42,318 bases of DNA from a virus (IMGVR_UViG_2937098957_000001:1-42318), one strand, 5' to 3'. Shown: positions 1 to 8,462, counted from the first letter of the stretch. Notes: generated from the sequence alone by a model not told the origin. Numbers and translations are program-made.

Positions 1-99
1 TTACAGGCGAGATTACGCCAGTCGCTTGTTTTTGCTTTAGATCATCTGAGACTCTTAATCAGCGGGTCCACGGTTCGAGCCCGTGATCACCCACCAAAA
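1..99. repeat. Terminal direct repeat copy 1 (att site or circular-genome overlap)
   Basis: Read directly: bases 1-99 are identical base for base to 42220-42318. Confidence 0.95.
46..96 (+). tRNA. Partial tRNA: tRNA-Lys(CTT)-like 3' fragment (anticodon loop to CCA), no 5' half
   Basis: Loop CTCTTAA (52-58). T arm CACGG-TTCGAGC-CCGTG (69-85). Acceptor 3' strand ATCACCC, discriminator A, CCA (86-96). The expected 5' acceptor GGGTGAT and a D arm are absent from 1-45. Confidence 0.6.
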
Positions 100-180
100 T
101 CAAGCACTTAGCACCATTCCCACCAAAGCCATTTTACAGAAAACCAATCTTTTACGAATTCGTTCGCATTTCATTCACTC

Positions 181-573
181 TCACCCATGCTTGCTGAGCC
201 ATCGTTCAAGCAGAGCATCAGGGTAAGAGCAGCCTCGCTTCCTGTCCTGCGCAAAACTGAAATTCTCACCGTGCGTGCAGATTTGCATGTTCGATCGGCG
301 ATTGTTCAGGCCGTCCCCATCGATGTGGTCAACAACCAGATCCGGCGGAGGCTGCATCAGTACGCGGTGCAGAAACTTAAAGCCGCCCTTAGAGTTGACC
401 GCATAAAAGAGGCCGGCAGTCTTTTTGACTGTCCACTTCAGATGCTTGATCGCGTCCCAATCCTCCGCGTCAACAACCGCCCACCGCTCCCCGTACTTTC
501 TGGTGCCGAGTTGAAACCTGACGATCTCGTCGTCTGTGAAGGCGACACCGTATTTCCAAGCTATTTCTCTCAC
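181..573 (-). CDS. HNH homing-type endonuclease
   Basis: Motif VVDHIDGDGLNNRRSNMQICTHGEN (HNH_3-like). GTG start with AAGGA SD 6 nt upstream. Lies between the repeat and int. Confidence 0.8.
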   Translation of the reverse strand: MREIAWKYGVAFTDDEIVRFQLGTRKYGERWAVVDAEDWDAIKHLKWTVKKTAGLFYAVNSKGGFKFLHRVLMQPPPDLVVDHIDGDGLNNRRSNMQICTHGENFSFAQDRKRGCSYPDALLERWLSKHG

Positions 574-575
574 TT

Positions 576-1613
576 TCAGTCCTTTTTTGTTCCGCGACCG
601 ATAGCGTCAATTACCTCCTGTCCGGCGAGGTAGTGCTTGCGGATTATTGATTCGGCGTCTGCGCTCGAGTGGCCGGAAATCTCCGAAATGAGCTTGATCT
701 TCTCGTCGTGCGATCTGTCAAGATTAGCATAGGCGTATGTAATCGCTGTTCCGCGCAAGTCGTGGAAGGTGACACCCTTTACCCCGATCCTCGTCATCTC
801 CTTGCGCCATGAGGCTCGGAACCCGCTTGACGTCCAGTTCTGGCCGAACGAATTCACAAGCACTCTCTGGCGCCCTCCCTCCTTCGCCTCTCTCAGCAAC
901 GGCAGAATATCAGGCGCGGCGACGACACGCACCCGCGCGCCAGTCTTCCCCTGCTTGATCGACACGCGCTCGCCGTCAAAGGCCAGCGTCGGCATGGTGA
1001 GGATATCCGCCTGCCTCTGCATCGTCCAAAGGGCGATCCGCGCCACCTTTTGAATATGGGGTGCGGCCTTGGTCAACAGCGCTTCCAACTGCTCATCCGA
1101 CCAGATGATATCGCGCCGTGTTCCCTCGTGCAGCCGAGTTACCTCCTCGAGCGGATTGCGCAGGATGATTTCGTTTCCCTTCGCCCAAGAGAACACGCGC
1201 GCCAATAGCGCAATGTGCATGTCTGCGGTCCTCGGGGAATCCTTCATCGTGTCGCGCCAGTTCAGGAACAGGAGGCGGCTGCCGCGGGCCTCGATAGCCT
1301 TGATCGGGAATGTCTCGAATTTCAGACGGATCGTGGCGAACTGGCGCTCATAGTCGCGTCTGGTCGACGGCGCGAGCTTCAAATATTCTGCGGTCTTCCG
1401 GAAATCATCGATCAGGGATCCGATCGTGCCGGTCTGGGCGTCCTTTTCCCGGCCGCGCGTCAGGCGCACGAATTCCTGGGTGAACGCCTTCGTTCCTGGC
1501 TTGGCCTTGATCTGCGGAGCTCCCTTGCCGCGCCAGGCATAGTAGTAGGTTTTTACGGTGCCATCGGCCAACTTGACGTTGACCTTATGCACGCCCACCA
1601 GTTTTCCCTCCAT
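576..1613 (-). CDS. int: Tyrosine recombinase / phage integrase
   Basis: C-terminal catalytic motifs FHDLRGTAITYAY and GHSSADAESIIRKHY. Adjacent to the tRNA-like att fragment. ORF track 576..1616; ATG at 1613. Confidence 0.9.
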   Translation of the reverse strand: MEGKLVGVHKVNVKLADGTVKTYYYAWRGKGAPQIKAKPGTKAFTQEFVRLTRGREKDAQTGTIGSLIDDFRKTAEYLKLAPSTRRDYERQFATIRLKFETFPIKAIEARGSRLLFLNWRDTMKDSPRTADMHIALLARVFSWAKGNEIILRNPLEEVTRLHEGTRRDIIWSDEQLEALLTKAAPHIQKVARIALWTMQRQADILTMPTLAFDGERVSIKQGKTGARVRVVAAPDILPLLREAKEGGRQRVLVNSFGQNWTSSGFRASWRKEMTRIGVKGVTFHDLRGTAITYAYANLDRSHDEKIKLISEISGHSSADAESIIRKHYLAGQEVIDAIGRGTKKD

Positions 1614-1791
1614 CAAGCCACCTCTGCAACGCCGCTTCCGGGCTGTTGTCTTCTTCTTGCTTCACGGCAAACCGACGAGGCGCGAATTCTATCTCGCCTG
1701 TTGGATGCATAATAACCCGAACATCGTGCATTGCTGCAGCTGCCGCAGCATCCGCTATTTCCGACTTGGTGTATGTGCGGGCTCGGCTCAT
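1585..1791 (-). CDS. Hypothetical small protein upstream of int (possible excision/recombination-directionality factor, unproven)
   Basis: 68-aa ORF overlapping the int start by about 30 nt. Same strand, operon-like position. No recognisable motif. Confidence 0.45.
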   Translation of the reverse strand: MSRARTYTKSEIADAAAAAAMHDVRVIMHPTGEIEFAPRRFAVKQEEDNSPEAALQRWLDGGKTGGRA

Positions 1792-2114
1792 TCCATCGCC
1801 TCCCTCTCGGTCTCTGGAGCGGCGGGGAGGGGGCGTCTGATTGCGGAGGCTATGCTTGCCGCCTCGGACGCAGCGCTTTCGAAAACGGCCAAGTCGTGAT
1901 CGCTACGCCTCTTGTGGAGCTTCGACCGGCATTGTGAGGCGTGGTCGTCTGCGATCCCCGCGCACCTCTCCCGTTCCCCGGCAATCGCCGTCCCGACCAA
2001 CAGCAGCAGTTCGGGCCATGTCACCGGCCTATTATTTCCGGCAATCTCCTCTGCTCTGGCCCGGATGTCGGGGGAGAGGTCGAGATACGCGGCGGTGATG
2101 GGGGAGGCGGTCAT
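1788..2114 (-). CDS. Hypothetical protein
   Basis: ORF track 1788..2225. The internal ATG at 2114 forms an ATGA overlap with the stop of the upstream gene (2111). Confidence 0.6.
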   Translation of the reverse strand: MTASPITAAYLDLSPDIRARAEEIAGNNRPVTWPELLLLVGTAIAGERERCAGIADDHASQCRSKLHKRRSDHDLAVFESAASEAASIASAIRRPLPAAPETEREAME

Positions 2115-2380
2115 GGCTTTGCCTTTCTCCGAATGTGCTGCGCCGTCCGGATCACGTCTACCAGATGGTGGTTGATGTAGCTCGGGAAGGTGAAGCCGAC
2201 AGCCGCGATGCGGTCTAAGACGCACTCAGCCCACCCGGTCTCGTCGGTGATGAGCAGCTTCGCCGTCTCCTCCAGGCTCATTGGCAAGGCTTCGAGGCGC
2301 TTCTCGTATCCCTTCATGTTCTGGTACGGTCGCCACACTTGCTCCAAGGCGAACTTCTCTAGGTCGGTGATCCGCTTCAT
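2111..2380 (-). CDS. Hypothetical protein
   Basis: ORF track 2111..2398. ATG at 2380 is preceded by AGGAGG. Confidence 0.6.
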   Translation of the reverse strand: MKRITDLEKFALEQVWRPYQNMKGYEKRLEALPMSLEETAKLLITDETGWAECVLDRIAAVGFTFPSYINHHLVDVIRTAQHIRRKAKP

Positions 2381-2415
2381 CTTGCCTCCTGCGCACACCG
2401 CGCCAAATATTCCGT

Positions 2416-2628
2416 ATGGCTCGAAAAGTCGAAAAAGGTTCCCGCGTTCTTCTTGCAGGCACCGTCACGCGAATAGGCGAGGACGGCATGATCTCCGTCA
2501 GGCTTCGCGGTATTGCCACGCCGGTCACGCTTTATGTCGATGACATCGAGGAAGTTGGACCGGCAGAGAAGGATAAGCCGCAGAGACGGCCGAGAAACTT
2601 CTATGACAACCCGGAGAGGGAGGAGTGA
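2416..2628 (+). CDS. Hypothetical small protein (strand assignment ambiguous)
   Basis: The 70-aa ORF has about 70% purine and 43% G at codon position 1 and an E/K/G/V-rich sequence. There is no obvious SD. It competes with minus ORF 2377..2634. Confidence 0.45.
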   Translation: MARKVEKGSRVLLAGTVTRIGEDGMISVRLRGIATPVTLYVDDIEEVGPAEKDKPQRRPRNFYDNPEREE

Positions 2629-2630
2629 GG

Positions 2631-2864
2631 TCATGGGGCCACCTTGAATAGGTGCCTCGGCTCAAACCCATCCGTCACGTATCCGTCGTGCAGAAGCGTG
2701 ATGTCGGGCTTGAACTGGCCGTGTTCGCGGCGAAGCTCGATCCCGATAATAACGGCCTCGGTTCGCTCCCAATCTGGATAATCGATACGCACCTTGTCGC
2801 CGATGCGGAAGCGGTTGAGATCGGGTATCTCGATCAGATAATGCCTTTGGTCTAGCGTCTTCAT
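2631..2864 (-). CDS. Hypothetical protein
   Basis: ORF track 2631..3086. ATG at 2864 (MKTLDQRHY...) forms an ATGA overlap with the stop of 2861..3205. The N-terminal extension is R/G/P-rich junk. Confidence 0.6.
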   Translation of the reverse strand: MKTLDQRHYLIEIPDLNRFRIGDKVRIDYPDWERTEAVIIGIELRREHGQFKPDITLLHDGYVTDGFEPRHLFKVAP

Positions 2865-3205
2865 CGCCCTTCCTCCTCGGCGCGCTGGCGGATGGCGGCG
2901 GCGAGAAGAAGACACGTTTCCGCGCTGATCTCCTTCTTGGTGGAGTTCAGCCACCACTCGATGTCCTTCATGAAGTGGAATTCTTCCGCAATCGCCGCCG
3001 CTTCCTCGAAAGCCTTGCGGCGTGCCTCTTCCAGTTCTCGGCGGAGGCGGGTGATCTCGGAGGCTGCCTCCTCTGCCGTCTTCCACGACGTTTCGTCATA
3101 GTCGCAAGAGCAGACGTATTCACGGCCTTGGCAGCCGCGCTCATGGTCTCCACGGCTGATGTTCCGCAACCGCTCTACCAAGTCCTTCCGGTCTTCTTTA
3201 TTCAT
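2861..3205 (-). CDS. Hypothetical protein (Cys-containing, coiled-coil)
   Basis: 114-aa ORF, coupled to its neighbours. Confidence 0.6.
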   Translation of the reverse strand: MNKEDRKDLVERLRNISRGDHERGCQGREYVCSCDYDETSWKTAEEAASEITRLRRELEEARRKAFEEAAAIAEEFHFMKDIEWWLNSTKKEISAETCLLLAAAIRQRAEEEGR

Positions 3206-3785
3206 TTATGGGCTCCTGGGTGAGGGCGGCGCGGCGGGCGATTTCAGCGTTCATCTTGGCCGCCGCAGTATCTTCCGTTGCTTCGTCAACCGTGAACTCG
3301 TCGTCGCTGTCCGCATCATCAGCGGCCGGCAGGAACCCGTACCAGCGAGTTTCCACGACGCCGCCGCGAGAATAAGCAAACACCTCTCCAGGCCGAACGT
3401 CGCAATTTTCAGCGATCTCCCACGGTCCATCGCTGCACATCTCGGACGATGTGTCGTCTGCCGGCCAGTGCCATTGACACGACGCAATGATCTTTTTCAG
3501 TTTTGCATTCTCGGCCCGCAGCTGTTCCACCTCTACCGCCTCCGGCTTATCGAGAAGGCAGGAGCGGAGACGAGCCGCAGCCGGAGCGACATGGCCAATA
3601 AACTCCCGCTCGTCGTCTATGTCATCGATCCTGGCTTCGAAGTCTGAAAGCTGCGCCAAGAGTTCCAACGCGGCGGCCTGTAGGCGCTCGATCTCTTCCG
3701 CCGCACCCAGCATAAGGTTGAACGGCTTAGCGCGATCTCTGCTGTCGTTGGCCCGTTCCCTCAATCTCTCGACAATCCCGCTCAC
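3198..3785 (-). CDS. Hypothetical protein (acidic, coiled-coil)
   Basis: 195-aa ORF. GTG start forms a GTGA overlap with the upstream stop. Confidence 0.6.
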   Translation of the reverse strand: MSGIVERLRERANDSRDRAKPFNLMLGAAEEIERLQAAALELLAQLSDFEARIDDIDDEREFIGHVAPAAARLRSCLLDKPEAVEVEQLRAENAKLKKIIASCQWHWPADDTSSEMCSDGPWEIAENCDVRPGEVFAYSRGGVVETRWYGFLPAADDADSDDEFTVDEATEDTAAAKMNAEIARRAALTQEPINE

Positions 3786-4102
3786 GTGTCAGCCCTCGTT
3801 CTGTCGAAGCCGCGGCTTCTGATCTTCGCTTTCGACTGAGGCCATGCCCCAAGGTGCTTGGCCCTGATCCTGTCTGCTTTGCGGATTGCGTCTATGTCGT
3901 CAGCCGTCTTTTCCTTGTGGCAGGACTTGTGCGCCGGCTTCACGTTGTCGTCGGAGTCGTCGCGAGTGAGTTCCCACGGAACTAGGTGCTCTAGGTCCCA
4001 CGCATCGCCGACCTTGATCTTCTCGCCGCACAGATGGCATTTGCCGCCGTGGAGGTCGAAGAGGCGCACGCGCTCTGTTCTGGAGAAGGACTTGCGAGCC
4101 AT
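3782..4102 (-). CDS. HNH endonuclease (small, single-domain)
   Basis: CHLCGEKI ... DLEHLVPW ... NVKPAHKSCHKEK, a His-Me finger pattern. ATG at 4102 overlaps the upstream TGA. Confidence 0.8.
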   Translation of the reverse strand: MARKSFSRTERVRLFDLHGGKCHLCGEKIKVGDAWDLEHLVPWELTRDDSDDNVKPAHKSCHKEKTADDIDAIRKADRIRAKHLGAWPQSKAKIRSRGFDRTRADT

Positions 4103-4299
4103 CACGCGCGCCTCAACTTCCGGATCAGCCTTGCAAGGACCGTCTCGCGCTCGGAGTCGGCCAGCATGCGTGACCGGCGATCCGATGCGGCGTCTAGCTC
4201 AGACCGAAGCTGCTCGGTCTTCTCTGCTCTGCGCTCAAGGTATAGGAGCGTCGAGGGACGGGCGTTCGGGTAGCGCTTGAGATGTTCGTGGACGTTCAT
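4102..4299 (-). CDS. Hypothetical protein
   Basis: ORF track 4102..4359. ATG at 4299 forms an ATGA overlap with the stop of 4296..4724. Confidence 0.55.
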   Translation of the reverse strand: MNVHEHLKRYPNARPSTLLYLERRAEKTEQLRSELDAASDRRSRMLADSERETVLARLIRKLRRA

Positions 4300-4724
4300 G
4301 CGGCCAATCCTCCGTTCATGATCTCTTCGGGCGTCACTGAATAATTCTCGGCGATCCACTTAATGGCGCGATCGAGGAAGCCGCCGAACTCTTCTTCGGT
4401 CATGCGGTCGAAGGCGATGGAACCAGGAACAAGGACCGTCATGCCGTTCTTGAGGCGGACGGGCGTTGCGTAGCCCAAATCTAATTTGATCACAGAGTGA
4501 AGTGCCTCGGCGTTCGGTGAGCAGTCGGTCGCGGCAACCAGCTTCCCGAGCATCTGCCAGTAGAAGCGCAGACGAGACGGGGAGCGCCCGGTATGCAGCG
4601 TGACCTTAATCCGGTCTCCTGCGTTGAACCGCGCGATAGCCTCGCGGTCCATCTCCATTTCGCCTGCTAGCTTGTCGCCTTGGCGCTGGACGTAGATTGG
4701 AGCGGCTTCTGTGGATTTCGCCAT
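4296..4724 (-). CDS. NinB/Orf-like (or DUF1367-like) recombination mediator, pattern-level call
   Basis: IKVTLHTGRSPSRLRFYWQMLGKLV and SIAFDRMTEEEFGGFLDRAIKWI parallel the lambda NinB layout. Sits next to ssb and the annealase. Confidence 0.5.
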   Translation of the reverse strand: MAKSTEAAPIYVQRQGDKLAGEMEMDREAIARFNAGDRIKVTLHTGRSPSRLRFYWQMLGKLVAATDCSPNAEALHSVIKLDLGYATPVRLKNGMTVLVPGSIAFDRMTEEEFGGFLDRAIKWIAENYSVTPEEIMNGGLAA

Positions 4725-4733
4725 GACTAGCCC

Positions 4734-5150
4734 CTAGAACTCCAAGTCGTCGTTAAGTTCTTCACGGAGGCTGGGACGATCCCCTTGGCGCTCGCCGTTG
4801 GGGCCATCCAGCATTGTTAGCGTGGCGTTGAATCCCTGCAGAACGACTTCCGTCGAATAGCGGTCGGCCCCTTTTTGGTCCTGCCACTTACGAGTTTGAA
4901 GCTGGCCCTCGATATAGACCTTCGCTCCCTTCTTGACGTGTTGCTCCACGACCTTGCAGAGGCCCTCAGAGAACACCACGACCGTGTGCCATTCCGTCTT
5001 TTCCTTGCGCTCACCGCTGTTGCGGTCGCGCCATGTTTCGGAGGTGGCGATGCGAAGGTTGGCAATGGGGGCTCCTACCTGGGTCCGCCTGATTTCAGGA
5101 TCGGCGCCGACATTGCCAACGAGGATTACTTTGTTAACTGAACCGGACAT
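4734..5150 (-). CDS. ssb: Single-stranded DNA-binding protein
   Basis: [21 protein letters not shown] ... WHTVVVF ... [11 protein letters not shown], with an acidic C-terminal tail DDLEF. Confidence 0.9.
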   Translation of the reverse strand: MSGSVNKVILVGNVGADPEIRRTQVGAPIANLRIATSETWRDRNSGERKEKTEWHTVVVFSEGLCKVVEQHVKKGAKVYIEGQLQTRKWQDQKGADRYSTEVVLQGFNATLTMLDGPNGERQGDRPSLREELNDDLEF

Positions 5151-5159
5151 GTTCTTTCC

Positions 5160-5891
5160 TTACGCGTTCATGGGATGGCGCATTGCCTTGGCGTCGGTCA
5201 CGCGCTCGTTGACGACAGAGGAGCCGGGGAATGTGTCTTCGATCGCCGAGACTGCATCGTTGGCGAACTTCGCCTTCAGTTCATCCTTCTTGGCGATGAA
5301 CCGCTGCTTGCTCTGCTCATCCATGCCGTTGATGACCTTCACGTTGTCTTTCCAGAAGGAGAGCAGCGCGCGCTCCGATCTAAGGGCCACGATTTCAGCC
5401 CAAAGGCTGTCAATTGCGGCCTTGTGCTTATCGACATAGTCCGGCTCTGGCGGCAGATTACGAACGAAATTCCAGGGGTCTCCTGTCCATTTCTTCCACT
5501 GCTTTTTGCCGTTGTATTCTGAGCACTCGCACGGAACCCACGGGGACGCGATGTGATACAGGTAGCGGCCAATGCCCCACTTGACGGCAGCTCGCTTAAG
5601 GGCGTCGGAAATAGCGCCCTTCTCGGCTTCAACGTCGCTGTCGCCAGCTCCATCGGCCTTTGTGATCCATTCTCCGTTTACGCGGATCGACAGGTAGCAA
5701 ACCGTTCTACTGCCATGGAATTCGTAGCGGTCGGACCAGCTCTCCGGGCCGCAGACCTCATCTAACCTGTCCATGACATCACGAGCATCGATGTAGGCGA
5801 GGGCGAGGGCCTTTGTGCCGTCCTTGGTTACGGACTGAGCGCGCCAGCTAATTGCCTCACGCGGAAATTCTGCTGCCAACCGATCGAACAT
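5160..5891 (-). CDS. Rad52/Sak-family single-strand annealing protein
   Basis: GAISDALKRAAVKWGIGRYLY signature. The start ATG overlaps the upstream TGA. Confidence 0.75.
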   Translation of the reverse strand: MFDRLAAEFPREAISWRAQSVTKDGTKALALAYIDARDVMDRLDEVCGPESWSDRYEFHGSRTVCYLSIRVNGEWITKADGAGDSDVEAEKGAISDALKRAAVKWGIGRYLYHIASPWVPCECSEYNGKKQWKKWTGDPWNFVRNLPPEPDYVDKHKAAIDSLWAEIVALRSERALLSFWKDNVKVINGMDEQSKQRFIAKKDELKAKFANDAVSAIEDTFPGSSVVNERVTDAKAMRHPMNA

Positions 5892-6613
5892 CACAACACC
5901 TTTTCCTCGATGACGTTGAAGCCACGAATTGAGCGTTTGCCGGCGCGCACAGCCTTGTCAGCGAGAGACTGTACGAATTCCATAAGGTCGCCGTTGTGCT
6001 CGACCCAAACCCAGGCGGCTGCTTCCTTGTTGTCGACCATGACCGCTCGGTGAACGGTACGAAGCGCGGTAGTGCGTCCTTCGCCCTTGGCGTGAGCCTT
6101 GGCGTTCTCAGCCTTGCGAGCTGCAGCGTCGGCAGCTTTGGCTTCCTGAACGAGGCGTTCCGCTTCTTCCCGGCTTTGGAGATTGGCCGCGTCACGCTGG
6201 CGCATTGCCTCCATAGCCTCTTGCTGGAGGCGCATGGCTTCCTCTCGCGCCTTCCTCGCCTCTTCCTCTTGCTTCCTTGCAAGGGCGATCAGATACGGCT
6301 TCAGCGCGGCCTTGACGGTCTCGTCGGCCGCGTCGGCCTTCGTGATGATCGGCTTATAGCGAGCCTGGACCTCTGCCTTTCCGTCATCGAACGGTTTGGC
6401 CTCAGCCTTCCGGTTCTTCTCGGCTTCTTTCGCTGCATCCTTGATGCGGGCTTGGAGGGTGTTCAGCGCGTCGGCCTGGGCCTGCGTGCTGACGGGGTCG
6501 CCATCCAGCCATTGGCGGGCTTCTTCGTACAGATCTTCGATAGCCTGTTTCGAGAGTTCAAACGGTGTCGGCTCTGGCGGATTGTTCCCGCCGATAACGG
6601 CCCTATCGTTCAT
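5891..6613 (-). CDS. Hypothetical coiled-coil protein (N-terminal IGGNNPPEP motif)
   Basis: 240-aa ORF with an A/E/K-rich central coil. Confidence 0.65.
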   Translation of the reverse strand: MNDRAVIGGNNPPEPTPFELSKQAIEDLYEEARQWLDGDPVSTQAQADALNTLQARIKDAAKEAEKNRKAEAKPFDDGKAEVQARYKPIITKADAADETVKAALKPYLIALARKQEEEARKAREEAMRLQQEAMEAMRQRDAANLQSREEAERLVQEAKAADAAARKAENAKAHAKGEGRTTALRTVHRAVMVDNKEAAAWVWVEHNGDLMEFVQSLADKAVRAGKRSIRGFNVIEEKVL

Positions 6614-6614
6614 G

Positions 6615-6812
6615 TTATGCAGCCTCCTGGTGTTTTTCTGCGCGTTCGCATTCGATGCGCCACTCTTCCCGGGCGCAGAGGATTTCGTACCAGTCGGCGT
6701 CTTCGTCGCGCCGGTCGGCCATCTTGTTATTACCCTCGGCTCGGTATTCGTCCGCCATCTGACGGGCGTGCTTTGCGTGGGCTCTGAGTGCTTCTGGTGT
6801 CGGGTAGCTCAT
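6615..6812 (-). CDS. Hypothetical protein
   Basis: 65-aa ORF in the operon chain. Confidence 0.55.
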   Translation of the reverse strand: MSYPTPEALRAHAKHARQMADEYRAEGNNKMADRRDEDADWYEILCAREEWRIECERAEKHQEAA

Positions 6813-6994
6813 CTTGCGACAGCCCTATCCAATGCGATCAAAATTGCCTTCTTGGCGTTTAGGTAAATCGCCTCCGTCAAAACCTTGTCCTCTTCGGGGT
6901 CTCCTCGGAGCAACGCTCTGTTCTGCGTGGCTGTCGCGACAGCATCGACCAACCAATCAGCGCGGTCGCATGCAATATGTTCGTTGGTGTTCAT
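6809..6994 (-). CDS. Hypothetical protein
   Basis: 61-aa ORF with a 4-nt overlap with the downstream gene. Confidence 0.55.
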   Translation of the reverse strand: MNTNEHIACDRADWLVDAVATATQNRALLRGDPEEDKVLTEAIYLNAKKAILIALDRAVAR

Positions 6995-7047
6995 CTACTT
7001 CGCTCCTGCGAAGGCAAGTTCAGCGGTTCTGGTGCGGAGAAAGGCAA

Positions 7048-7359
7048 TCATGACCGGCCCTCGGCTTTGGCGATGGCGGCACGCAGCTTTGCAACAGCCT
7101 TGCTCACTTTTCGTGAGCCCGTGGGGTTAATGACGCCAACCGCGTCAAGCTCTTTCAGGGCCTCAAGTAGGTCGGGTGCGGCGGCGAAAACATAAGGTCC
7201 GTAATTACCGAAATGCCCAGAGACGCAGAAATACCGGTCTTCGAAATGGCGTCCCTCGGACATGCCCTCAATCCAGAAATGTCGAGGGTCATCGGTATCT
7301 GCTAGGCGGACAGTCAACGGCTCCGCCTCTTTCACCGGGAAAAGATCAACCTTACTCAT
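7048..7359 (-). CDS. Hypothetical protein
   Basis: 103-aa ORF with a 4-nt overlap with the upstream gene. Confidence 0.6.
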   Translation of the reverse strand: MSKVDLFPVKEAEPLTVRLADTDDPRHFWIEGMSEGRHFEDRYFCVSGHFGNYGPYVFAAAPDLLEALKELDAVGVINPTGSRKVSKAVAKLRAAIAKAEGRS

Positions 7360-7580
7360 GCCGCGTCCTCCAGACTGCGAGTGCGGGACAGGGCTCGTCG
7401 CGCGAAGAAGTCGTGCTCTGCCGTCGCCTTCAGCGCTTCATCGAGTTCGTCAGTCGCGTCCAGGAAAGAGTCCATGCTGGTTGCGAGGTTGCAGCGCTTG
7501 TCTTCTATCCATCCGCGGATACGCGCCTTCTGCATGCGCAGCTCGTTCCGGAGGCGTTCAATTGCTTCTGCTTCGGTCAT
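7356..7580 (-). CDS. Hypothetical protein
   Basis: 74-aa ORF in the operon chain. Confidence 0.55.
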   Translation of the reverse strand: MTEAEAIERLRNELRMQKARIRGWIEDKRCNLATSMDSFLDATDELDEALKATAEHDFFARRALSRTRSLEDAA

Positions 7581-7582
7581 TT

Positions 7583-7957
7583 CTATTCCTCCCGGGATGC
7601 ACTGAGGGCGGCTTCGATTATGTCGCGACTGACGCCGTGTAATCCGCTCCCTTCGGCAAGGCGCTTGTTCAGGACGCGTGCCGCCGCGTCGATCATCGTC
7701 TCCGTGACTTCAATCTCTCCCCGACTCCGTTCGGAGCCCTTATCGGCGACGGCTGCAGGGTGATCGTGCTCGGTTGGCTGTATCTCCGCCAGCTTATAGC
7801 GGGCCTGCTGCGGGTGCTTAGGCCAGCGCCCGAACGTCACAACCGGAACTCCGGACGTGCTTTCGCAATACCAGATCCATTCGGGACGGTTCTCGACCAT
7901 TGATGGCTTTTCGTAGCGTCCAAGGTCTGCCTTGAGGGTTTCGTTCTCAGCGCGCAT
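7583..7957 (-). CDS. Hypothetical protein
   Basis: 124-aa ORF. Confidence 0.6.
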   Translation of the reverse strand: MRAENETLKADLGRYEKPSMVENRPEWIWYCESTSGVPVVTFGRWPKHPQQARYKLAEIQPTEHDHPAAVADKGSERSRGEIEVTETMIDAAARVLNKRLAEGSGLHGVSRDIIEAALSASREE

Positions 7958-8298
7958 TAGAGGCTCGCTCCTTCGATAACGGGACCGAACTGCTGGCGAG
8001 CGTTGTAGGTGCCGTGGTCATGCTGGGAGTAGCCGGCGCTGGGGCGGCCTTCGAATTCGCGTTCTAGTAGCTGCTTGATGAATGCGCTGTCGATCACGTC
8101 GCACGCGTCGACAGCTTTGTTCTGGATGCTGTCGTTCTCGGCGCCGCAGTGGAAAGCGTACGTCTGGAGTTCCGAATAGACGGACTGGAGAAACGCCTTC
8201 ATCACAGCGATGTCGGTCGACAAGGGCGAGAACCGGACCTCATCCGGGAGGGCGTCAACCGCTTCGTGCATGCGGGCTTTGATGCTTCGAATTGACAT
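7957..8298 (-). CDS. Hypothetical protein
   Basis: 113-aa ORF with GGAGG SD 5 nt upstream of the ATG. Confidence 0.6.
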   Translation of the reverse strand: MSIRSIKARMHEAVDALPDEVRFSPLSTDIAVMKAFLQSVYSELQTYAFHCGAENDSIQNKAVDACDVIDSAFIKQLLEREFEGRPSAGYSQHDHGTYNARQQFGPVIEGASL

Positions 8299-8309
8299 GT
8301 CAGCCTCCG

Positions 8310-8462
8310 TTAGGCGTTCTTAATCTGCTCTGCGGCGATCTGGCGGGCGTAGCGAGCGCGTTGGCGCGTCGAGCTGTGCGGGTAGGTCTTGCCGGTACGG
8401 GCGGAACGCTGACGAAGCATGTAGTTCGGCTTGTTGTCGGCGCCTGTGCTGTATTTCCGCAT
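8310..8462 (-). CDS. Small basic protein (50 aa), not in the ORF track
   Basis: Hand-translated: MRKYSTGADNKPNYMLRQRSARTGKTYPHSSTRQRARYARQIAAEQIKNA. GGAGGAATGAGAG precedes the ATG. Fills the gap between two operon genes. Confidence 0.45.
   Translation of the reverse strand: MRKYSTGADNKPNYMLRQRSARTGKTYPHSSTRQRARYARQIAAEQIKNA

Noticed and set aside
1-99. An intact tRNA gene, or a tmRNA 3' end, inside the terminal repeat
   Set aside because: There is no D arm and no GGGTGAT 5' acceptor strand in 1-45. Treating CTGA/TCAG as the anticodon stem would force a 9-nt loop. The acceptor would have G3:C70 rather than the G3:U70 needed for tmRNA/Ala identity. I therefore call it only a 3' fragment.
187-1712. 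Plus-strand ORFs 187..633, 769..1053, 1069..1353 and 1215..1712
   Set aside because: They are antisense to the clearly recognisable HNH and integrase genes. Their products are R/S/A/L-rich, they have no SD, and they are typical high-GC shadow ORFs.
2377-2634. Minus-strand 85-aa ORF, ATGA-coupled at both ends
   Set aside because: It is not listed as a feature because its product is L/R/S-rich and codon position 1 is only about 50% purine, versus about 70% for the overlapping plus ORF. The coupling is striking, however, so the call is uncertain (see findings).
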